Below are positions 39,419 to 52,556 of a stretch of 64,000 bases of DNA, piece after piece. The DNA is taken from NCBI RefSeq assembly GCF_963921235.1, contig NC_086108.1, forward strand, positions 58,592,001-58,656,000, written 5' to 3'. The notes beneath the pieces were generated by a model. It was not told the origin of the DNA. It made no database searches and saw only the letters and a list, made by a program, of their open reading frames with translations. The translations under genes and the position numbers were made by a program. The DNA is from Mobula hypostoma. Lineage: Eukaryota. The first letter of the stretch is position 1, and each line of letters begins with the position of its first letter.

Positions 39419-39429
39419 CCTCGTTGCCA
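39419..39429 (-). promoter_or_regulatory. Primer-binding site, consensus TGGCGACGAGG (tRNA-Ser GCU type)
   Basis: Copy A has TGGCAACGAGG and copy B (44457-44467) has TGGTGACGAGG, each 6 nt after the LTR. The tRNA assignment is from recall of the Ser-GCU 3' end CCUCGUCGCCA. Confidence 0.7.
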
Positions 39430-39754
39430 AAAATATGTAGTAACTTCTACTTTGAAAAAGGCACACTTGACAACTTCATGCCAAAGAAACAACTTTATCT
39501 CTAACTTCAAAACCGTTATGTATATACAGAGGCTTTTACAACCCATACGGCATGGCGGGCCCACTATATATAAAGCACACCAGAAGTGAAAAGAACGGAA
39601 TTAAAACCCCCCATTATCCTAATTAGTATTAACTTTCTTTTAATAATGCTCATGTTACAACAGTCCCCCACATCCTGGCTACTGTTTGAAGGCCTGTATA
39701 TAACTTCTCAGCCCAAATGACAAGGAGAGGAATATACAAGTATTACTCTCAAGC

Positions 39755-39925
39755 TACACACAAAATGCTGGAGGAACTCAGCAGGTCAGGCAGTATCTAT
39801 AGAAATGAATAAACAGTTGACATTTTGGCTAAAACCCTCCTTCAGGGCTGGAAGGGAAGGGGGAAGATGTCAGAGCAAAAAGGTCGGGGGAGAGGAAAGA
39901 GAACAGCTGGAAGATAATAAGTGGG
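39755..39925 (-). mobile_element. Penelope pLTR fragment (degenerate hammerhead)
   Basis: cacacaaaatgctggaggaactcagcaggtcaggcag... is the reverse complement of the pLTR end. Confidence 0.7.
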
Positions 39926-40591
39926 TATAACTCTTGTTCACCAGGAATAAGATATCCTGATCAGAAATGACTGCTGTCTCTTGTACTTAAGCTCATTGAA
40001 CAGTTTACTGAACAATCTGTCCGCTTGGTTTACTATCAGAACTCTTTGTGTTAAATGTGGTCAATCTCCATTCCATAAATTTATAATCTAGGCTGATCTT
40101 TCAGAAGCACATAAGAAGTAGAAAAATGAACATAGAACATAAAACTTTACAGCCCGGGAACAATTCCACCATCCCACAATGTTGTGCCAAACCAGATAAA
40201 TTAGTAATCAAGTGGCCAACTAAACTAATCCCTTATGCCTATATAATGTCCATATCCTTCCATTTTCTTCATATTCACGTGCCTATTTAGCCATCTCTTA
40301 GAAGTCACAAATATAGCTACCTCTACCACCACCCCAGGCAGTGCATTCCAGGCACCCATCACTCTGTTAAAAATGTGCCCCTCACATCTCCTTTGAAATT
40401 ATCCCCTCTAACCTAAATGCATGCTCCCTGGTATTAGACGTTTCAGCTCTGGGTAAAAGATACTTTCTACTCTATCTTTGCCTCTCATAATCTTATAAAC
40501 CTCTTTCAGACTTCCTCTCAGCCTTTGCCACTTTGCAGAAAACAACCCAAGTTTTTTTTCAATCTTTCATTATAGCACATTCCCTCTAATC

Positions 40592-41772
40592 CAGGGGTCC
40601 CCAACCTTTTTTGCGCTGCGGACCGGTTTAATATTGACAATATTCTTGCGGACCCGCCGACCGGGGGGGGGAGGGGGGTAGGGTTGCCAACGGACAAGAG
40701 TAGTGGTCAAAAAAAAGACTACAATTACCATGAAGCCTTGCGCAGGCACCAGTGCGCATGCGTGACCTGCGCATGCGTGTACCTGCCGATATTTTTCCCT
40801 GCGAATCGTTTTTGGCGATTCTGTTCGGCGGCGGGGTGTTCATCACGGCCAGAATATGGGTAATAAGGGGCTAATACACTCAATTTCGTTTCTAAAAGGA
40901 TTTATCTAACGAATTTAATATTAAACACACAGCGCATATTTTCCTCGCATGAATATAGTGATAAGTCAATCATCAGGGGAGGATAGGGAGCTGAAAGTAA
41001 GTGTTGAAAGAACTTCCAGTAGAAGTGGTAGAGGCAGGTTCGATATTATTTAAAGAAAAATTGGATAGGTATATGGACAGGAAAGGAATGGAGGGGTATG
41101 GGCTGAGTGCAGGTCGGTGGGACTAGGTGAGAGTAGCTTTCGGCACGGACTAGGAGAGCCGAGATCGCCTATTTCCGTGCTGTAATTGTTATATGGTTAT
41201 ATAAGTCACTTATCAGTCAATAGCATCATAACATTTTAAGTAACGTTTGGATATTAAACACACAGCACATATTTTCCCCGTATGAACATATAAAATCATT
41301 GTTTAACACACCAGTATCGCTGAATCAGTGGGAGCCTTGGGCTTATTTCCCTGCAACAAGACGGTCCCATCGAGGGGTGATGGGAGACAGCGATACTCGA
41401 AGGAGGTTCCTTATGTCCAGTCTATTTAGTTTTCGTTGCATTCATTGCAGAGATATGTTGGAAATGGAAGCAACGTTTTCAGTTCTTTTGTGGCTATCTC
41501 AGGATATTTAGCCTTGACTTTGATCCAGAATGCCGGCAGAGATGTTATGTCAAACATACTTCTCAGCCCATCGTCATTTGCAAGCTCGAGGAGTTGATCT
41601 TCTTCCAGCGCTGACATGGATGACTCGCGGGTAATGACCTCGCGTGCGTTCAAGCTCAACAGTGCGCGTGACAGGGAATGAGGAAAGGTGCAGCTGACTC
41701 ATAGCGCCAAATCATATCGTTTCCTCATAGCTGGTAGCAAATGCTCCGCGGCCCGGTGGTTGGGGACCACTG
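40592..41772 (-). mobile_element. Non-autonomous hAT (Charlie group) DNA transposon
   Basis: TIRs CAGGGGTCCCCAACC / GGTTGGGGACCACTG; perfect 8-bp TSD CTCTAATC; transposase dimerization-domain remnant FWIKVKAKYPEIATKELKTLLPFPTYLC. Confidence 0.93.
41005..41202 (+). mobile_element. CR1 3' end inside the hAT element
   Basis: gaacttccagtagaagtggtagaggcagg...ttggataggtatatgg...gttatatggttatat tail. Confidence 0.75.
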
Positions 41773-44211
41773 CTCTAATCCAGAAAGCACCCTTATAAAC
41801 CTCTCTGCAGCCTCTCCAAACCCTCAATTTCCTTTGGCCGACCAAAACTGTATGCAATACTCCAGATTTGGCCTAACTAATGTTTTAAAAGTGCAATGTA
41901 ACTTCCTGACTTTCAAACTCAATTCCTCAACTAATAGAAGCAAGCACGCCACGTGCCGTCTTAACCACCCCAGCAACCTATGTAGACGATGAACTCAGAT
42001 TCTGAGATCCCTCTGCCCATCAACACTGGTAAGGGTCTTGTCCTTAACAGTGTACTCTCTCTTTACATTTGGTCTATCAAGGTACAACACTTCATATTTG
42101 GCTGTGTTAAATTCAATCTGCCATTTCTCTGCTTATATCTGTAACTGATCTATATCCCGCAGTATTATTTGACAGTCATCTACACTATCCATAACACAAA
42201 CAATCTTCATATCATCTGCAAACTTACTAACCCAACCATCTACATTTTCATCCATTTCATTTATATGCATCACAAACAGCAGAGATGCCAGTACATATCC
42301 CTGCAGAACACCGCTAATCACAGAACTCCAGCCAAAATAAGTCCCTTCGACAACTACTCTCTGTCATCGATGGGCAAGCCACTTCTGAATCCAAACAGCC
42401 AATTCACCACTGATCCTGTGCATCTTAATTTTCTGGATGAGCTTCCCTTGAAGGACCTTGTCTAACACTTTACTAAAATCGATCCGGACAACATCTACAA
42501 CTCTAACTTCATCAATCACCATCATCACCTCATCAAAAAGCCAACCAAATTAGTAAAATATGACTTGCCCAATACAAAACCATGTTGGCTTTCCTTAATT
42601 AGACCATGGTTCCAAATGCTCATAAATCCTATCCCTAAGAATTCTCTCTAGTAACTTTTATACCACTGACGCGAGACTTACTGGTCAAAAGTTTCCGGGA
42701 TTATCCCGGTTCTTTGGGACATTGACCATGGCTAGAGAGGACACAAAGATATTGGTCAAGGCCTCAGCAATCTCTTCACTTGCCTCACTCAATAATCTGG
42801 GGGCATCAGGCCCTGGGGACTTATCCACCTTAATGTTCTTCAAGAGGCTCACCACTGTCTCCTCCTTTACTTCAAAATGCCCTACCATAAAAAAAATCTC
42901 AATACTGATCTCCCTATCCCCTATGTCCTTCTTCTTGGCAAATACATGTTCCCCCCTTTATCCTTCAATGGTACCACCCTCTCCCTAGTTATCCTCCTGC
43001 TCCTGATGCCTAGGATTAGGCTTCTCTGGAGTTTTTTTCTGACTCCTTTATAATCCTCAAGGTATCTGTTTGATTCTCGTTTCCTAAGCTTTACATACTT
43101 TCCTTATCCATCGCGAACTTAAGACTTAAGAGTTGTTGTCACTGCTCCTAACTGCTCACACACTGGAAGGTCAGTCACCTGGCCAGGCTCATCACCCAAC
43201 ACCTGATCGAGTACAGCCCCTTCTCTTGTTGGACTATCTACATATTGTTTTAGAAACCCTCCTGGATGCACCTAACAAATTCTGTCCCATGTAAACCCTT
43301 TGAACCAAGAAGGTCCAAATTTATATTAGGAAAGTTGAAGTCCCCCATGACAACAGCCCTTTTGTTTTTACACCTTTCCTTAATTTGCCAGCACCTCTGT
43401 TCCTCAATGTCCCGGTGGCTATTGGGCTTTTTTTGGCCGGGGGGGGGCGGGGGTCTGTGGTACAATCCCATTAGAGTGATTGCGTCCTTCCTATTTTTGA
43501 GCTCTACCCATATAGACTCAGTGTTATTTCCCCTCTGAGTGTAGCTGCAGTATTGTTTCTGATTAGTAGCGCAGCCCTGCTGCGACTCAAAGTTCAAGTT
43601 GAAAGTACATTTACAATCGAAATATGTATACAGTATACAACTTTGAGGCTCCTCTTCTTGCAGTCAACAAAGCAAAGGAATATAATAGATCCTATTAAAA
43701 AAAAACCCACACAACAATGATCGTCAAACACCCAATGTGTGAAAAAAGTACAAATCGTGCAAACAATAAAAATAACACACAGAACATGAACCGCAGATTC
43801 CCTGAAACAGCCGCAGAGCCAGTTCAGTGCTGATGGTTGCAGGCCAAAGCTGCAGGGCCAGTTCAGTGCAGAAGCAAGTAAGCCTCACGGAGTACTGAGC
43901 TAAACACCAAAAGTGAATCCATCGGTTTGTCCCCAAAAGTGAGTCCATAGCTACAGAGCCCATTCAGCGCCTGGGCAGGTGAAGCCTGTCTAGGCCCCAC
44001 TAGCTGCATGGCAATAGCTGCTCATAAACCTGGCAGCATGTGATCCAAGACTTCTGCTTCTCCTGCACAATGGAAGCAGCGAGAAGAGAGGGAGTCAAGT
44101 CAAACGCAGGCAGACGGCGCTGAACACCTGTCAATTTTCCGCGCTCATCCTCAATGATTTTACCCTTGTTTGATGCTTTAAATGGCATTGAGAAATGGAG
44201 TTGACCATGGG

Positions 44212-46337
44212 TGTTGTAATGTGAGCGTAATTAAAAGTAAGTTAATACTAATTAGGATATTGGTGGGAGTGGGGGGGGGGTCTACTTCCGTTTGTTGTTC
44301 TTCCGGTGGCCCTCGGTACATAGTGTCCCCGCCATGTTGTACGGGTTGTGAAACCTTCTGTATATACATAACGTTTTGAAGTTCGAGATAAAGTTGTTTC
44401 TTTGGCATGAAGTTGTCGAGCGTGCCTTTTTCAAAGTAGAAGTTACTACATATTTTTGGTGACGAGGTGAACTGGTTTTGTGAACGTGTGGGCACGTTTT
44501 TCGAACGGGAGTTTTCGCGTTCAGTATGGCTACGTTTGGAACTATCGGTGAATTTCTGGAAGGAAACGAGGACTGGACGGAGTATGAGGAAAGGTTGGGA
44601 CACTTTTTCTGTGCTAATGGAATTACGGAGGAGGCTAAGAAGTGCTCTATTCTCCTGAGTGTGTGTGGGGCGAAGACTTACAAGCTAATAAGGAATTTAG
44701 CCGCACCGCAGAAACAGGGGGAAATTCCGTTTGAAGAAACTGGTGAAATTCGTGGGGAACCACTACAATCCGAAACCTTCTGTGATAGTCCAAGGGTGTA
44801 AGTTTCACAGCCGTTTCAGGAAGCCAGGTCAGTCTGTGCCCAATTGTGTGGCCGAGCTTCGGCAGCTGTCCGAGCATTGTGATTCCGGAGCGGTGTTGGA
44901 AGACATGCTCCTTGATAGATTGGTATGCAGCATTAATAATGATGGCATACAATGCCACCTGTTAGGGGAAACCCCACCGCTGACTTTCAAGAAAGCCTTA
45001 GAGATTGCCCAAGGCATGGAGATGGCTGCTAATAATGTCAAGGATATCCAGAAAGGACAATGGGAGGTTGCAGTCGGCGGCAGTGCACCAAGTCAGGAGG
45101 GAGACTGGTAAATAGGCAAAGCGGGTGGAATGTTTCCGGTGTGGAGGGACGCACTATGCAAATGATTGCAAATTCAAAGACACTGTCTGCCATGCTTGTA
45201 GCAAAAAGGGACATTTAGCTAAAAAGTGCAGAAGTTCAAAGGGTAAGATGAAGCCTGGGTGGGGGAAAGCTCAACAGGCTCAGGCAGCCACACACCATCT
45301 AGAAGATGCAGATGAAGAGGCAGCGTGTGCCTACAACATGTTTGGAGTGGAAACAGATGAGGAACCACCTGAACCATATTATGCCACAGTCACTGTCAGG
45401 GGAAAGGACATTAAGTTTGAGATTGATTCAGGGGCTACTGCATCGGTCATTAGTGAGGAGACCTACAGGAGGACATGGGGGTCCAACCTGCCTCCCATTA
45501 GACCGTCAAAGCTCAAACTTAGGACCTATACAGGGCAACCCACACCTCATTTAGGGGTGTTATATGTGGACATTTCAGCCGGGAGTCAGAAGGCTGAAGC
45601 CAGGTTAGTGATAGATAAGGGCTGGGGGCCCAGTCTTTTGGGCAGTGATTGGCTTCATAAAATCCGGCTAAACTGGCATGAAATTAAGTCTGCACACACG
45701 ACGGAGGACATTCTGCAGCGGTGCAGTGACGTTTTCAGGGACGAGCTGGGCACACTGAAGGGCGTGACAGTGAAACTCCAATGTCGACCCTGAGGTCACA
45801 CCACCAGCTCCTTTGCACCCATGGGAGTGGCCAGACCACCCCTGGTCTAGGCTACATTTGGACTTTGCTGGCCCTTTTATGGGGCAGATGTTTCTTGTAA
45901 TGGTAGATGCGCAGTCTAAATGGATCGAAGCTCACGTCATGAGCAACATCACAGCCCCCTCAACCATAGACAAACTCAGGCAAGTGTTTGCAGTCCACGG
46001 GCTGCCTGACACTCTGGTCACTGATAATGGCCCGACATTCACCAGTGTACTGTTCAGTGAGTTCATGCAGCAGAATGGCATTCATCACATTTGGACGGCC
46101 CCTTTCCACCCAGCCTCAAATGGTTTGGTTGAGCGGGCTGTTCAGACAGTGAAGGAAGGCCTGAAGCGGATGACAGGGGACTCCCTTAGCATTCGGCTTT
46201 CACGTTTCCTGTTTAAATACCGCCTCACACCACAGACTACGACTGCCCGCACTCCCGCAGAAAGGCTGATGGGGCGGAGGCCCAAGTCAAGATTGGACCT
46301 GCTGTGCCCGGACATGAAGGGAGAAGTGGAGAGAAAA
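44212..46337 (+). mobile_element. Gypsy copy B: 5' LTR, gag, protease, integrase core; RT/RNase H deleted; 3'-truncated
   Basis: LTR 44212-44450 and PBS; ORFs nearly identical to copy A; junction at ~45802 joins the start of RT to the integrase core. Confidence 0.95.
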
Positions 46338-47751
46338 ATAATATCTGCTAGAGTATCTAGCAGTTTTGTGAACTGTCTGCAAAAATGTCACCACTAGCAC
46401 GTGGCACCGGAGCAACCTAGAGATTACTACGTTAGAGATCCTGCCGTTCAGCCTCTTTCGTAACTCCCTGTACTCTCTGTGCAGGCCCCTACCCCCTGTC
46501 TACTTGTGTACCTAGAGACATAGTGCACCAAGACCTCTGGCTTCTCTCCTTCTCCCTTGAGAATATTCTGCAGACGCTCCAAGACATCCTGGACCCAAGC
46601 AGCTGGGAGACAACACACCATCCTGGTGTCCCTTTCATGACCACAGAATCTCCTGTCTGTTTCCTGCCTGACTTTACCCTTCCCTGCTGAGCCTCAGAGC
46701 TGGCCACAGTGCCACTGGCCTGCCTGCTGCTGCCATGCCCCGGTAGGTCACACCCCCAGCAGTTTGTAAAAGAGTATGCCTGTTGATGAGGGGAGTGACC
46801 ACGGGGGAACCCTACACTGACCACTGACTCCCCTTACTTCTCCTGCTAGTCACCCATCTACTACCTGAAGCTTGCACTCTGGGTATGGCTACCTCAGTAA
46901 AAGCTTCATCTGTGAGGTTTTCAGATTCCAAGATATTCCTGAGTACATTCAGCTCCTGCACCTTGATCGTGTCAGTCCGGAGCTGAGGGAGGGTGCAGGT
47001 ACACTTCCTGTAGATATGGTCATCAGGGAGGCTATTAGGTACCCTGAAATCCTACCTCTCACAGGAGGAGCATTCCATTGCCGTAACCACCCTGTCTATA
47101 CTGAACTAATGATTAAGGATTTATGGACAATAAAAACGTTTACCTGTTTTTAACTGTGTTTTCTCTCTGAAACCTTTGAGTTTTACACTCACACTCACCT
47201 AAGTCTCTTCTCCAACCTCTCAAACCCTAGTTCCATGATCAAAACTAATAATAACCCCACAACTCAGCAGCTTAGCCTCCACCTGTTCTCGCCGAAGCTT
47301 GTTAAGCCAAAGCCTCCCACTCTAACACTGGCCCATGCACACCTCGATTCTTTTTATTGGCTCAAATAAAATTCATTCTCGACGAAGCTTGTCCTTTTCA
47401 AGTGGCTCATGCCCTGCAATGATGTCGCTGTCTCACTCACTTATTCAAATAATAATTTGACCATTCATCTGCCTACTCCTCCACTCAACTGGACCATGCT
47501 TGGTCTTGTACCTCAACACCACTTTCCTGTGTGAGCAAGTTACCCGTTAATATCTAAAAGTCTACTGATCTCCTTCCCGATTATGCTGCAGACACTGTTG
47601 AGAAATTCTGATACGGGAATTCACATTGATCAAAGATACAAGTAATGATTTATTTTTGGTCAATCAGAGTGGTTTTGAGTTATAAATAAATCTTTCATTC
47701 GCAAGTTCTTCACTTCCTGTACTTCACTCCATTTTTATTCATGTCACAATA

Positions 47752-48469
47752 GAGTGAATTCCAGTTAATTGGGACACATTGGACAAGTATATTTTGGCCT
47801 AATTAAGTGGCTGCCCCAATAAGCTGATGTTTCATGGAAATAGTTAAAAAGTATGAACATTTTAAGTATTTAAATAAAATACTGAACGAATTAGCACACT
47901 ACCAATACTACTGTATTACCATAAAACTATGTATCAGTTCCTAATGCTTCTTGACAGAGGAATTCATCTGCATCACATTTTTTAGATTGTAATTGCACAA
48001 AACCAGACATCTAGTGCAGATAATAGACTGCCACAATACAACGCTGTTGGTGATTGCACCCTCTAAATTTTCATTTTCATTGTAATATTCAAGATGATTG
48101 TCGATACCTTCGAATTCTTTGTAGTTTCCAACTTGTTGAAGTCATGAAATCATTTCATTTTCACTCCTGACCGTTTCTGGCATCTCCAAGCCTGAATGCT
48201 TGAAACCATGGTGAACAAATCAGTTCTGAATCATCTTACTAATGCAATTTAAATACTGCTTGAAGCTCAGTGTTTTGTTCAACAACTATGCAAGTGCACA
48301 TGACTGACAGTAGTTAGAAACTGTCTCCTGCCCCAATTAAGTGACATGGTATCCCAAATAAATTAAGGGAATCCTGGCTATTTTCTCGATTAGTTTTTGT
48401 TCTTTACGAGTTGTCCCGAATAAGCAGCTGTCCTGATTAACTGATGGCCCAATTAACCAGAATCCACTG
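47752..48469. mobile_element. pogo/Tigger-type non-autonomous DNA transposon
   Basis: TIRs gagtgaattccagttaattggg / cccaattaaccagaatccactg, with TA on both sides; repeated subterminal cccaattaa motifs. Confidence 0.78.
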
Positions 48470-49477
48470 TATTGTTTTAAATATCTCCACCCCTCCACAC
48501 ACCATTATTTTATCATTTCCTCTCAGTCACTTATTACAGACACTCCTGTGCATAGCATGACTTTATGGATGCACAATCAATATGTATATAGGCTATATTA
48601 TGTATTTATATTCAATGTCCTTTTTTAAATTATTGAGTTCTTTATCTTTTTTTAGTGCTGCATTTCATCTGGAATAACACTTGTGTATCGGAAATGAGGT
48701 TAAACAACATTGACCAACTAGAGAATGGTGTCCATGTTTATAACAATAATACTTTCTAATGTCCCTGATAGCACTAATATCTATGATAATATTTATATGA
48801 CTTCCCTTTTTGAAGAATAACTGCCTCATCTCTGATATTCTTATGAAAACACCATGGTAATTTCATTTAACACCTGAACTGATACTTGGACTACAATCCA
48901 ATGTCTGAACATACAGATTTCACTCCTGATGTTAAGGTATCAACTTAGACAATACCTTCAGGAATATAGCAGCATATAAACTTCTAACATTCTGATTTGG
49001 AGGCAAGGGCTTTGAACAATTGAACAAAATGTAAACTTGAAGTAATTGCCAGTTCTGGGAGCATCCCTAGAAAATGAAACAGAATTAATTTTTCAGGTCA
49101 AAAACAATTCTGATCAGTAACCTTTCATTAGATGTTTTGTTTTACATTGCTGTCTGCTGTCACATTTATTCACATAACAGGCAATGTAAACTAAATTGGT
49201 ATTATTTTCATTTTACCATTGTTGGTGGTTCTGTCAGTATTTCTCTAGGATGCTGAGAAATATTCCATGAATCAAATTAACATTAAAGTGTTGACCCTCT
49301 TGTCCTTTGGCCAACCCACTCGTTGGCGAAGAACTTCAAGCTAATTGTTACTTCTGATACTATTCATTTAATATTACGTGCCCATTCAAATGATCATTAA
49401 ACAATTCCATAAGTAAATCCTAGCTTGGTCAGATACTACTCAATTTAAGAGACATGGCTGGCACACTTTAAAAGATT

Positions 49478-49785
49478 GGGTGGCATGGTAGTGTAGCAGT
49501 TAACCCAATTGCTTCACTGTGCTGGCAATTACTGATCAGGGTTATATTCCCTCTGCTGTCTCTGTGGAATTTGTACACTCTCCCCGTAAACATGTGGGTT
49601 TCCTCCCACATTCCAAAGATGCTTGGTTAGTGTCAGTGAGCTGCGGGAATGGTATGTTGATGCTGGAAGGGCGTCGACATATGCAGGTTGCACAAACCTC
49701 AGACTGTGTTGGTCATTGACATAAGCAGTGCATTTTACTGTATAATTTGAGGTACATGCGACGAATAAATCTAACCTTTCATCTT
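49478..49785 (+). mobile_element. V-SINE (tRNA-derived head)
   Basis: A-box-like ggtagtgtagcagtt; V-domain tttgtacactctccccg...gggtttcctcccacattccaaag; aataaa-type tail. Confidence 0.7.
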
Positions 49786-50309
49786 TAATCTTTTCTGGTT
49801 TTTGCTGAGCCCCAGAATCAGGCTCATTTTTTTCTATGATATCAACCAGAAATTTAAATAATAACTAACTGCATCAAATATATTTCTCCACCTCAGTTAA
49901 ACTAATCTGACTTATTTTTACTAGGCTCATCTTGGAACTGGATGAAAGTCCTTTGTTTGATCCCTTTCTAGAGATCTGCAAATTTCAGATTCATGCACAT
50001 GACCCCTTGATCAATTGAAACTCTGAATCTGACCTTGCAACAATGTGATATGCAGTACACAGGATACAAGCATATTGTGAGGGATCGTCAGGCACAAGAC
50101 ATTTTTCAGGGGTTTTGGAATGGAGAATCAGAGAGTTAATACAAATGAGAACCAGTCTTCAATCAAAGGCAAGGATAGTACTATTGTTTACAGAGAATCA
50201 TTTCCTAATGCAGTGGTAAAAGAAGATTAATTTTGGTGTGCACATTCTTTACAAATGTGTTTGAACATGTTCTTGTCACTCGATGCAAGCTCCCCTTATA
50301 AATATGTGA

Positions 50310-51842
50310 GGAGATGCTTGCTCTCTTGAGGCAAATTAGGGTGGAGAAATTCTGAGGCCTTGACAAGGTATCCCCTCGCACCTTGTAGGAGACGAGTGAG
50401 AAGTTGCAGGAGTCCTAGCAGAAGTATTTGAAACATCCTTAGCGAAGCACAGCTGAAGTGTCGGAGGACTGGAGGATAGCTAATTTTATTCCGTTGTTCA
50501 AGAAAAGCTCTGAGAATAAGTTGGAAAATGATAGGCCATAGGGTTTGACATCTGTAGTGGATAAATTATTGGAAGGGAGTCTAAGGACCAGATATACAGT
50601 ATAAGTATGCAGATCGACTGGGCCTAATTAAAGATCGTCAACATGGCTTTGTATGTTATTGGACGCGTCTAATCAATATTATAGAGTTTTATTTAGAAGG
50701 TTACCAGGAAAGATAATGAAAGAAAGGCAGTGGATATTGTCTACATGCACTTTAACAAGGCCTTTGACAAGATACTACTCTGGTCCAGAGTGTTCAGTTA
50801 CTTGGCATTCAAGATAAGGCAGTAAATTGGATGAAAGATTGGCTCAGTTGGAGAAGAGTGATAGTAGATGTTTGACTCTCTGACTTAATGGTTTAGATGA
50901 TAATGTGGTAAATGGATCAGAAAATTTGTGGATGACACCAAGACTGGAGGTGTCATGGACAGCAAGGAAGACTACCAAAGCTTGCAGTGGGATCTGGACT
51001 AGATATGGGCTGAAAATTAGCAGATGGAATTTAATATAGAAAAGTGTGATGTGTTACATTTTGAGTTGACAAACTAGGGTAGTACTTACACAGTGAAAAG
51101 TAGGGCTCTGAGGACTGCAATAGAACAGAGAGATCTGGAAGTACAGATCCATAATTTCTTGAAAGTGGTATCACAGGTAGATAGTGTATCAAGGGTTGTA
51201 AAGAAAGTTTTTGGTAAATTTGTCCTTCATAAGTTGAAATATTCAGTACAGGAGTTGGATGTATGTTGCAGTTGTAACAGCCATTTGTGATGCCAAACTT
51301 GGAGTACTCTGTGAAGCTATGATCACTTGCCTGCAGGAAAGATATCAATTAAATCAAAAGAGTAGAGAGAAAATTTAGAAGGATGTTGCCTGGACTTGAG
51401 GACCTGAGTTCTATGGAAATGTACAATAGGTATGGACTTTATTCCCGGGGGTGTAGGAGAATGCGGAGGAGATTAGATAGAGATATACAAAATTATGAGG
51501 GGTAGAGATAAGATTAATGCAACAAGCATTCTCCACTGAAGTCTGATGAATCTAGAACTAGAGGTCATAGGTTAAGTGTGAAAGGTGAAATTTTTAAGGG
51601 GAAACTGAGGGGGAACTTCTTTATTCAGCGGGAGGTGCAAGTGTGGAATGATCTGCCAACAGAAGTGTTGGATGCAGTTCAAATACAGCATTTAAGAAAA
51701 GTCTGGATAAGTACGTGGATGGAAGAGGTATGGAGGGCTATGGTCCAGGTGCAGGTTGATGGGACTAGGCAGAATAGTAGTTCCACATGGACTAGACTGG
51801 CTGAAGGGCCTGTTTCTGTGCTGTATTGCTCTATGACTCTAT
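50310..51842 (+). mobile_element. CR1 RT and 3' UTR (decayed)
   Basis: KAFDK, FVDD, RGNFFIQR; ctctatgactctat tail. Confidence 0.82.
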
Positions 51843-51942
51843 TAACCACTTCAAAGAATTCAATAGATTGGTCAAACTTGATTTTCCCCTTTAATATCCC
51901 AGGTTAAATACTTATTAGTGATAATAATTAATATATTAATAT

Positions 51943-52556
51943 TTAGATTATGAAGACATGTAGTCCTCTTTTATTGTCATTTAGTAATGCATGCATTAAG
52001 AAATGATACAATACTTCCACCGATGTGATATCACAAAACACAGGACAGACCAAGACTGAAAAAACTGACAAAACCACATAATTATAACGTATAGTTACAA
52101 CAGTGCAACAATACCATAACTTGATGAAGTCCATGAGCACAGTAAAGCTCAAAGTCTCTCAAATGTCCCGCATCTCACGCAGACAGAGAGAAGGAAGAAA
52201 AACTCTCCCTGCCATACCCGACCACGGTCCGACTCTGAGTCATCCGAAAACTTCAATCTCTGATCAGCTCTCCGACACTGAGTACTGAGAGCCATCACTA
52301 TCCGAACAATTTGACCTCCTTCTTGGTCGACAACTGCAGGCAAAGTCGGGGATTTTGAGGTCTACCCTCCGAAAGATTCCCGACTGTGCAGTAACGACAG
52401 CAGCGAATGAGTGTTTCAGAAATTTTTCCAGATGTTCCTTTGTGTTTTCATGTCCATCTTCCTCAAATCAGAATTGTCCACGGCCCCTATTTAACAGACA
52501 CGATATCATTTTTTCATTGGAGGGCTGTGCACGTGCGGCGCGCTGTTTCTTTTCTC
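51943..52556 (-). mobile_element. Non-coding ~615-bp retroposon, copy 3
   Basis: Close match to copy 1 over its full length. Confidence 0.85.

Larger units (their letters stand above)
34998..39662 (-). mobile_element. Full-length Ty3/Gypsy (Mag-like) LTR retrotransposon, copy A
   Basis: 227-bp TG...CA LTRs at 39436-39662 and 34998-35224; 5-bp TSD GTCCC; PBS TGGCAACGAGG; PPT aaagggggagaag; domain order gag-PR-RT-RH-IN. Confidence 0.97.
40127..47400 (-). mobile_element. Probably near full-length CR1 broken by nested insertions (pieces 40127-40591, 41773-43570, ~46340-47400)
   Basis: Tail gaacatagaacata; RT FADD (42133-42321); endonuclease VMGDFN (43250-43597); decayed ORF1 esterase and CxxC region at 46400-47080. 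That the ORF1 piece belongs to the same copy is inferred. Confidence 0.7.
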
